This document shows positions 55,701-64,000 of a stretch of DNA of 64,000 nt, one piece after another (the first letter of the stretch is position 1; the number at the start of each line of letters is the position of its first letter). The notes beneath the pieces are model-generated. The model was given only the letters and a program-made list of their open reading frames with translations. It did not search any database and had not been told where the DNA came from. The position numbers and the translations under genes are program-made. This stretch comes from Phoronis australis (taxonomy: Eukaryota; Animalia; Phoronida): positions 481,974 to 545,973 of the forward strand of contig NMRA01000241.1 in assembly GCA_002633005.1 (NCBI GenBank), written 5' to 3'.

Positions 55701-58700
55701 TGAATTGGGATTATTCTTGGTGAAAACTGCGCTACAACAAACGTAACAAATAAGGCTGTTTTCAAACTCTGATTTAAGTAATCAATACAAAATTAATTTT
55801 TGTTGTTTTAAAACTGTTGAACACTCAAGAAAGTTTAATTTAAAGCTGCATTTCATCCTGGCTTGACACAAAAATAGAATTATACCGCTTGCTCTCATAA
55901 AATTATGTCTCTTAATATTCCTTACCATGGTAGTATTCTGTTTCTGTTACCAGCAAGAACATCAAAACTAACCATCTAAAGAAAACGCTTCACACTTTAT
56001 TGAGGTTGGCCAATTCAAAAATTCCTAGTTTTGTAAATGATGCTTTTACACATTTCCATTACTTGAATTGGTCGTGAAAACAGAATCCCATACCTGCAGG
56101 TTGCCAATGCAAGCTCAGATTTTGTTTAGCATCCATGTAAAAATCTCAGGTCACCACAAAGCTGCCACGCCGCATCCAAGCACGTACTCAAACTACTACA
56201 AGAAGTAAACAGACAGAAGTCAGAATCATTTGACCCGATCATGTTCATCTGCTTCTGGAGGTCAGAATGGGCGTGAGATATTAGGTTCGAGAAGAGATAA
56301 TTAGCTGTTGCTCAGTACACAAGATACTCATAGTTTTCTGTTTGAGCAAGCGAAAATAATAAAATTTTGCGTTTTTTTTTTAATTCAAAGTCAAATAACT
56401 CGAAAACGGTAAGTCTGAGAAAAGCGCTATCGCAGAACTTTTGAAAGAACATACTTCAAGGAATCCACATGCAAAAATTCATGTCATTTGCTCATCCCGT
56501 TAAAAATGCGACCGCAGAACGATTGAAAACGTGTTAACATGCGCCACAGCCGCCATCTTGAAAGTGACTTCCGGTTAAACAAAATTTTATAAAACCTTAT
56601 TAATAGCAACAAACACGTGACCAGTTTGAAGTGGTTCGCAAATGCGCCCTCTAGAGGAAAAAATGTTTTTGGCCAGATATCGGGGTGCGCATGTGCCACT
56701 TCCAATATATCCGCCATCTTTGACCGGAAGTCAACGATTTTCGGCACAGTTGTAGCTCATGTGTTCTATAATAATCGTACCACGTTTCAGCCCTGTACGT
56801 TGAAAAATGCGGCCTCTACGAGCATTTGACTGTGAAATCAGAAACAAAATGGCCGCCACGTCCGCCATTTTGAATCCGATCATGACCGAAAACAATATCG
56901 TTCCAGTACTCCCCGATCTACACGTCGTGTGCAAATTTCTTGAAAATCGGACGAAAATTGCGACCTGTAGAGAGCGAACAAACAAAAAAAAAAAAAAACT
57001 TGCTGTCGGACCAACATACTTTGCGGAAGAAGTCCGCCAAGTAAAAAATGTGTGCCTGGCAGACATTTGTTGTGTTTGCAGGTTTTTCACTTGAGGTATC
57101 TCGTCTATTTCATTTTCAGCTCCTGCCATCAAGGGTTGGTGTCTTCGGTTCCTATTTGGGCTCCTTGCAATGTTGCCATGTCGCATTTGGCCTGTTGACC
57201 TGAAGCTAAACATGCAGCCCTGTTATGAGATTTTTCTTTTATAGCTTGGGCTCAATGCAACTCAATGCAAAATTTTCTGTTTTGTTTTTGTTGAAATGCA
57301 AAATCACTCAGCACGTTTTTGATGTAGCTCCACCTCTTGTTTACACAAAACCTGTTCTTGAAGTTAAGATATTTGCATCAGTGTTGTTTTGTGTTGTATT
57401 CAGGTTACAATGTGTCATTGCTGTTCAATCTGGAGAGTGTTCCTGAGAACTGGCAGGAGGTGGTGAAAAAAGTGGGACTTCTTAAGAGGAACTGTTTTGC
57501 CTCTGTCTTTGAGAAGTATTTTGACTTTCAAGCACGAGAGGAGTCTGGTCACAAGCGAGCCGTTATCCAGTACAGAGATGATGAAACTATGTAAGTGTCT
57601 TACCTTTGATACTTTCTCAGATTACTTTTAAAGTCCTGTGTTGCACTTAATAAATTTTTATGAAATCTCCACTGTTCCTGCCAACGACACTACATCTATT
57701 CTTGATTTTCGGAAGAGTTCAAGGAGTGTGTCATCCGTAGCGCTAATTTTCTTGTTTCTTCGTATTGACAGCTGTATCGCATTGACACGTTGATGGATCT
57801 TTGTGAATGTGACTACAGATGGCATTTTTTTCGACAGATCTGAATACTTCTGCAATTTTAAATTTTTTATTGTTACTTCTGAGTTGCTCAGCGTTTCATC
57901 AAATATGGTAAATAGATTTCTGAAGAGACACCTTTCTATTTTTGGAGGACTAGCAGATATTTTTTATTATTTGTAGGTCTGTTTTTTGGTGTCAGCGTCT
58001 ATCAGCCAAACGGCTCAAAAAAATTGGCTGATATTTCCTGCTGACAACAATACAACTTTCATTCATTTTTGGACAGTTCTGACAACTGTGGTGCCCCTCA
58101 CTGGCAATTATTTTTTATGTGTAGTATTTTGTGAAATATGACAAGTTTATACCTAAGAATATTACAACAGATGACAATTCTCTTGGACATATCCTACTAC
58201 CGCTGTGCCTCATTCGCTTGGACAGATTTTCATGAAATTTGCCAGAATAGATTTCTGTTATAGAGACAATGAGGCCTTCACATTTTGGGCAGGTTCAACA
58301 TATTCTACTCCAACTCCACCTAGTGGCCACCCCTAGAAGAGGCATGTGGGTGCATTTCAGTGCTTTGTGTTGCTTTTGTTAGGTGTTTGAGTTGTGAGGC
58401 TATGTATTGAATGTGTTGTAAAGGTGAAGTAATTGAATTCAACACTTTTGTGCCCTTTATGGTTATGGTTATGTGTTTGTAGGTATGTACATGCTAAGAA
58501 GGACAGAGTAACAGTGATATTTAGCACGATTTTTAAAGATGACGACGATATCATTATAGGCAAGGTCTTTATGCAGGTAAGAGAGTGAGTACATATTTTC
58601 TGGTGTAAGACTGTAATATTTTTTCACCATTTTGCTTTTTATGGTCCAGTAATTCCTCACCTATATACCACGCTTCATGTGTGAAATGTTAGTTTGATTA

Positions 58701-61700
58701 CTGTATACTAAAATGGTGTGTACTCTGTGTAGGAGTTCAAAGAGGGACGCAGGGGATTCCAGCAGGCCCCTCAGGTACTGTTTAGTCAAAGAGACCCGCC
58801 AGGAGAACTGGAGGGCACCAACGCTGCAGTGGGCGAGAACATTGGCTATATCACATTTGGTAAGTCTTGCTGTGGTGTTTTTTTTGTTTTTTTTTTTGAA
58901 AACTACTTCTTTTTCGTTGTTTATGTGTTGTGCAAAGAATATATAGTTGAATCAGTAACTAGTAAACGTAAATTTTTTTTTCAATCATTTGTCTCATTGA
59001 CCTGTACCTAATGGCAACCAATTTCATATACCATTCTCAAGAGAGTCTCCAAATTGCCTTTTAACATTTTTAGGACATTTCGATTTCCCCCTTTGATTAG
59101 CAAACCTTTGTACACTGTGTTGCAACTAATTGCCATTTCTGTATAATGCTCAAAGAATTTACCCAGAAAGTTAACTTGGTCTTAAAATAGTTGCAGTTGT
59201 GACAGGTTTCTCAAAACATTCAAACTTCACACAGTTTACCGTAGCTTCTATGTGTTAGAAATTTTTAAGATAACTTAGTGGNAGTTGAATCAGTAACTAG
59301 TAAACGTAAATTTTTTTTTCAATCATTTGTCTCATTGATCTGTACCTAATGGCAACCAATTTCATATACCATTCTCAAGAGAGTCTCCAAATTGCCTTTT
59401 AACATTTTTAGGACATTTCAATTTCCCCCTTTGATTAGCAAACCTTTGTACACTGTGTTGCAACTAATTGCCATTTCTGTATAATGCTCAAAGAATTTAC
59501 CCAGAAAGTTAACTTGGTCTTAAAATAGTTGCAGTTGTGACAGGTTTCTCAAAACATTCAAACTTCACACAGTTTACCGTAGCTTCTATGTGTTAGAAAT
59601 TTTTAAGATAACTTAGTGGTTGATTGACAAATGCCAAAAATTCACAATTCTGTCTTTAGGGTCATGTGTCTGTTGAATATTGAGCAAACTTGTTGCAAAT
59701 TCTGGCCCAAATTTTTCATGAAGTTGTCAATATATCAATTTACTGGGGTGAAAATAAAAGTGTTCTCTTTATTGTGTACTTGATATTGTGTCTGTATTTT
59801 GTCACAAGCTGTCGTGGCCCATCAAGATACTGTCATAACTTGTCACAAGCTGTCATGACCCAATTAGATCCTGTCATAACATGTCACAAGCTGTCTTGGC
59901 CCATTTAGATACTGTCATAACATGTCACAAGCTGTCATGGCCCATTTAGATACTGTCATAACATGTCACAAGCTGTCGTAGCCCATTTAGATACTGTCAT
60001 AACTTGTCACAAGCTGTCATGGCCCATTTAGATACTATCATAACATGTCCATATGAGTTCTTGTTTTTAGAATATGGAAAGAAATCTAAATGTACTGTAG
60101 TCTCGTTTTCCTTAAACATTTCTCTGACATTTAAATTTAGGAAAAGACAGAAACGTTTCATGTTATTTCTTCCTGAAATCTGCCATCGCTTGACTTACTG
60201 CTGTACATAACATGATACTGTCATGATGGACAGTCGTGTATACTCCCTTAAGTCCCGTCCACACACAGCCTACCCTAGAACAACTTGCCCTAGAGCATTT
60301 TGTCTCACTTTAACTGGAGTGTTAACTCGCACATTTCTGATAACTGGTGCAAGGAATCAATCAGTGCACCACAATGAACAGCTGAGTCGAATACGCCTTG
60401 CAAAATAAAACACGTCTGTATTTAAGCACAGCTGATAGTTACTTGCGGCCATTCAGTGATTAGGTGTGGCTCAAGTTACCCTAGTACAAATCACCTCAAC
60501 AAGGTGAAGATTGTTGAAACAAGTTGCACTAGTATCAATAACGTCCAGACAGCCTTCAAACTTAGCGACAACTCGTCCCGGGAGTAACTCTTTCTGGAAT
60601 AGGCCTGTTTGTTCTCCGTGTCGCGTTTACAGCCACTTTGAAAATTTAGACTATGCAGTGTGTGCACATCATAGCGCACAAACGAAAATAATACATTTTG
60701 TTCAAAATGAAAAAATCAATTGTGTCGCGTTACATTTAAATGGGTCAGAGGCAAAATGTCTGTGTTACCCTGCATGCTCTTGATAAAATGTTGATTTGCT
60801 TGCAGTATTATATCCTCGCCACACCAACAGTGAGGTACGGGACAACACAATTAACCTGATTCACACACTCCGAGATTACCTTCACTACCACATCAAATGT
60901 TCCAAGGTAAGAACCTTCACTACCACATCAAATGTTCCAAGAGAAAATGCACACTGTCCAGTATTACAAGTGAATAATTAGGCATAGTAAGTACTACTTT
61001 TGAAAGAATTTTTGTTATTGTGTAGCCAAGAACAAGTTGAACTTTTTATTACAAGTTTTTTATATGTGGTTGCATGTTGTCGTCATCTCTGTCCGGGCGT
61101 CCTGCATCCACAGTTGTATCTCCTAAACCCTTTACAGGATCTTGATGAGATTTGGCAGATGTGTTCAAAAGTCCTCAACCGATTTTCATGAAATTTGGTA
61201 CATGGGCATTTCTTACCGTTTTTGATCCTGTTTTTTGCCATGTGCTCCGTTTATTCGCCAAACCACTGTAAAGATGATTATGTGTTCCTACTGAGAAAAG
61301 GATTGCTTACGATGATCTTCAGAAAGCTACAACTACAGTGGCTCCTCCTAGTGGCAGTTTTTTGTGTCCAGCTATATTTCCTAAACCCTGTGCAGGAATT
61401 ATGTTAATTTTTTTCTGTTTTCTTCGGTGTCTTTGGAATTTAGCAATGACATCTTTCGGTTTTCAGATGAATTTGATGTAGTGCATGCCTCCTAGTGGCT
61501 TTTTTAATATATTTGAGTCTGTTTTTAGCGAAACCACTCTCATGATAATTATGAAATTTGTCATATTTGTTCTCACTGCGAAGAAAAAAGCTGACGATAA
61601 ATTTGAATGGCCAGTCTTGTTAAGCTAGAAAACTGGGGAAGTGGCCGTTTTACTCGGTGGGCCGTTTTACCCCACTCTCCCGTCTCCCCTACCTGTATTG

Positions 61701-62490
61701 TAATTCAGATTGCTAAACCACCGTCTCGGAGTCCCAGCGTCGTTGCACTCATTGTGATCATCGATCTTTTTCTAAAAGTCGGGGAATCGCGCGTTTCCTT
61801 AGCACTAGGTGCTAAATCTTCATTCTTTAAAAGTCGGGGATGGGCGCTTAACCGAGAGGTGGGCGCTTAACTGGAAATCTTCAAAAATCGCAGGGGGGCG
61901 CTTAACCGAGCAGTGGGCGGTTAAATCGAAAATCCACTTAAAGTCGGGGATGGGCGGTTAACTGAGCATGGGCGTTAACCCGAACGATTATGGTATATTA
62001 CAAGTGCTGGACCTTTTGCAAATTCTTCGAAATGACATATTTACTGAAGTCAAGAGTCTGGACTGTAGTACTTGATTGCATTTGAATTGTCGTTTTCCAG
62101 GCCTACATTCATTCATTGTCGTTTTCCAGGCCTACATTCATTCATTGTCGTTTTCCAGGCCTACATTCATTCATTGTCGTTTTCCAGGCCTACATTCATT
62201 CGCGAATGCGAGCAAAGACTTCAGAATTCCTGAAAGTCCTCAACAGGGCTCGTCCTGAAAATAAGAAGAAAGAAAAGAAAACCATCACGTAAGTTTGGGA
62301 TTAGGTGCGATTGTGGTGACTTTATCATTGTGGTAACTAATTTATTCATCATTTTGTATAAAATATGTGAATCACGCAAATATTGAGGAAACGATGATGC
62401 TTTATGGAATTGCTCGCTGCTCCAATTTTTATCTGTATTGCAGTTTTGTTGTTCTTATTTTGCAGGGGGCGCACATTTGTACAGAACTAG
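52702..62490 (+). CDS. ARPC2: Arp2/3 complex subunit 2 (p34-Arc), spliced, 300 aa
   Basis: Exons 52702-52775, 54523-54670, 54949-54994, 57404-57590, 58483-58576, 58733-58859, 60806-60906, 62188-62288, 62466-62490; total 903 nt. [10 protein letters not shown] start, [56 protein letters not shown]. Confidence 0.96.
53693..54240 (+). mobile_element. 5'-truncated Penelope-like element (GIY-YIG endonuclease C-terminus plus 3' tail)
   Basis: [30 protein letters not shown]…H…H…IKESLAI…LN with one internal stop (53918-53920). Confidence 0.8.
54118..54160 (+). ncRNA. hammerhead-ribozyme-like motif of the Penelope element
   Basis: CTGATGA (54124-54130), short TCT/AGA stem, GAAACGTT (54147-54154); stems imperfect. 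Confidence 0.5.
54523..54670 (+). CDS. ARPC2: ARPC2 exon 2
   Basis: [10 protein letters not shown]…[16 protein letters not shown]. Confidence 0.94.
54949..54994 (+). CDS. ARPC2: ARPC2 exon 3
   Basis: [15 protein letters not shown]. Confidence 0.9.
56350..57047 (+). mobile_element. interspersed repeat, Helentron-like family
   Basis: homologous to 40030-40645; ends in hairpin ACTTTGCGGA…TCCGCCAAGT plus A-run. Confidence 0.6.
57404..57590 (+). CDS. ARPC2: ARPC2 exon 4
   Basis: GYNVSLL…[14 protein letters not shown]…YRDDET. Confidence 0.94.
58483..58576 (+). CDS. ARPC2: ARPC2 exon 5
   Basis: [27 protein letters not shown]. Confidence 0.94.
58733..58859 (+). CDS. ARPC2: ARPC2 exon 6
   Basis: EFKEGRR…APQVLFS…NIGYITF. 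Confidence 0.94.
58945..59619. repeat. 337-bp tandem duplication split by a single N (likely assembly artefact)
   Basis: 58945-59281 vs 59283-59619, two differences seen. Confidence 0.85.
59800..60050. repeat. about 41-bp minisatellite
   Basis: TGTCACAAGCTGTCATGGCCCATTTAGATACTGTCATAACA. Confidence 0.88.
60806..60906 (+). CDS. ARPC2: ARPC2 exon 7
   Basis: VLYPRHTN…[12 protein letters not shown]. Confidence 0.94.
60878..60941 (+). repeat. 29-bp exon-end duplication at ARPC2 donor
   Basis: ACCTTCACTACCACATCAAATGTTCCAAG at 60878 and 60913. Confidence 0.9.
61826..61996. mobile_element. second copy of the same MITE-like repeat
   Basis: matches 1-156. Confidence 0.65.
62086..62201 (+). repeat. 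29-bp x4 perfect repeat of ARPC2 acceptor
   Basis: ATTGTCGTTTTCCAG|GCCTACATTCATTC. Confidence 0.93.
62188..62288 (+). CDS. ARPC2: ARPC2 exon 8 (acceptor ambiguous: four identical copies)
   Basis: [23 protein letters not shown]. Confidence 0.9.
62466..62490 (+). CDS. ARPC2: ARPC2 exon 9
   Basis: GRTFVQN*. Confidence 0.88.
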
Positions 62491-64000
62491 CCCACTTATG
62501 AAGGCCATTGTTATAGACAAGCTTCCAAAGACTAGCTGGCTGGATGGCATAGCCTTGGTACTTACAGTGTATGCCAGCTGTGCACTTGCTCTGTTAACTG
62601 TTATAATATTGTTACTTACTTTCAAATACTATCTCATTCGATACATTAAAGTATGCCATCTGTACACTCATTTTAAACAAATGATATTTAATAACACTAC
62701 AACTTTAGTTAGGATTCACCTGGGGTGATAAGTAATGAGGGCCGGTCCTTTACCTTTACCTAGACTTAACTTAGGGGTTCCATTGTGTGCAGATTGCATT
62801 CTCCCTTACGTTTAGGGTGACCCCTGGTCCCTAATCTGCTATTTTTGTCAAGTGGGCTTGCTGGCCTTGTATAAACTCTCGCCTTTCAGGCCTATTGCTC
62901 ACTTTCACCATTCCCCCGTTGCTTTTCACCTGCCCCTCCCACTCTTGTCGAATATCGCCAAAATTCATTATTGCAAGCCAACTTGCCGCACTGTATTTGC
63001 TTTTAGTTAATAGTTTCAAGGATTTGTCCGTTTACAATTTGGAAATTTGTTTGTCAAAGCCAGTCTGTTTCTGTCTTACAATGCCAATGATTGACATGTT
63101 AAAGCACGTCTTTCACTTCCTCATCCAGGCAATGCCCCTGATGGATTATATGAACTGAGGCTGTCATTCTTTGTTTCTTCTTTCGCCAGTTGTTAAATGA
63201 TGGGATTTTGTGCCAATGTTTTCAAACTTTGTTTTAATTTGTTCAAGTCAATCTTCTTTCACTGTATGTCCTAGCCGTTTGTGTATAATTTAGCTTTCTG
63301 TGTGCCTTACAAATAGTGGTAAAGAAATAACATTTGTGTTTGTCGTTATGGGTTCATTAGTGAGATATCTCTGAATTTGCTGAACCAGCCAACTGTTTGC
63401 CAGAAAGCCATTAGTAACCCAGATAAATAGACAAAAAAACATTTGCCAATTGTGGAAAACGTGTTGATGTTGCGAATCTTCCATGACGGTTGGATGAAAA
63501 CTTGTTCTTGATTACCATTTTTGTGATTGTCCACTTGTTATGTAGCTGACAATAGTCATGGCTGGTGTTGAGTGTTGATGTGTTTGTCAATGTGTCAATT
63601 TGCTGACAAAGGGTTGCAGAAAGGTGTGGTTATCTATGAATTCTTTGTGCTGATCAGTTGTTCCAGTCTCTAAGTAATGACTTTATTGACTGTGCTTGTA
63701 AGCAGGGCATGTACATATTCTTTTATATTTAACAGTGATAATGCAATATAAATACAGTGGTTAATGCTAGTGCTAGTTTCAATTCTCTCATGTTAAAGGC
63801 GAAGACAACCTTTTTCCATGTCATTTTGAGCTAAAATAAGGTTGGTTGGTTATCCTAGACATATTTTTCACTTAATTACAGCTTTTCGTAATTTTATTAA
63901 TTATTCGTCCGCTTTTCCGGAAGTGACGTTTTAGGAGGCAAGCGCTTCCCGCCAATTTCTTTTCACATAGTCTGACTGTGAGAGCTGCCGAGTCAGTCAT

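Noticed and set aside
58945-59619. 337-bp tandem duplication in an ARPC2 intron
   Set aside because: The copies are separated by a single N and differ at two sites; typical of unmerged allelic contig ends, not biology.

Overview
Animal (invertebrate-like; taxon not determinable from sequence alone) genomic scaffold with two N gaps (4823-5222, 17776-18486). It holds three spliced genes, which I reconstructed by hand with consistent splice phases. (1) A full-length ABCB1/P-glycoprotein-type ABC transporter on + (24 exons mapped, 228-29499; start exon is upstream of the window and the main linker exon is probably in the second gap). (2) NSUN6, an RNA m5C methyltransferase, on - (10 coding exons, 50487-34663, about 459 aa, one GC-AG intron). 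(3) ARPC2 on + (9 exons, 52702-62490, 300 aa), head-to-head with NSUN6. Introns contain a decayed but structurally complete Ty3/Gypsy LTR element, two THAP-domain DNA-transposon relics, a Penelope GIY-YIG fragment with a hammerhead-like motif, a foldback element with two outward-facing tRNA-like arms, Helentron-like and MITE repeats, and many minisatellites. The most striking pattern: at 8-9 splice sites across all three genes the exon-intron junction itself has been tandemly amplified into the intron, giving arrays of decoy donors or acceptors. Also notable is a cluster of candidate frame-preserving microexons in the ABCB1 linker intron.
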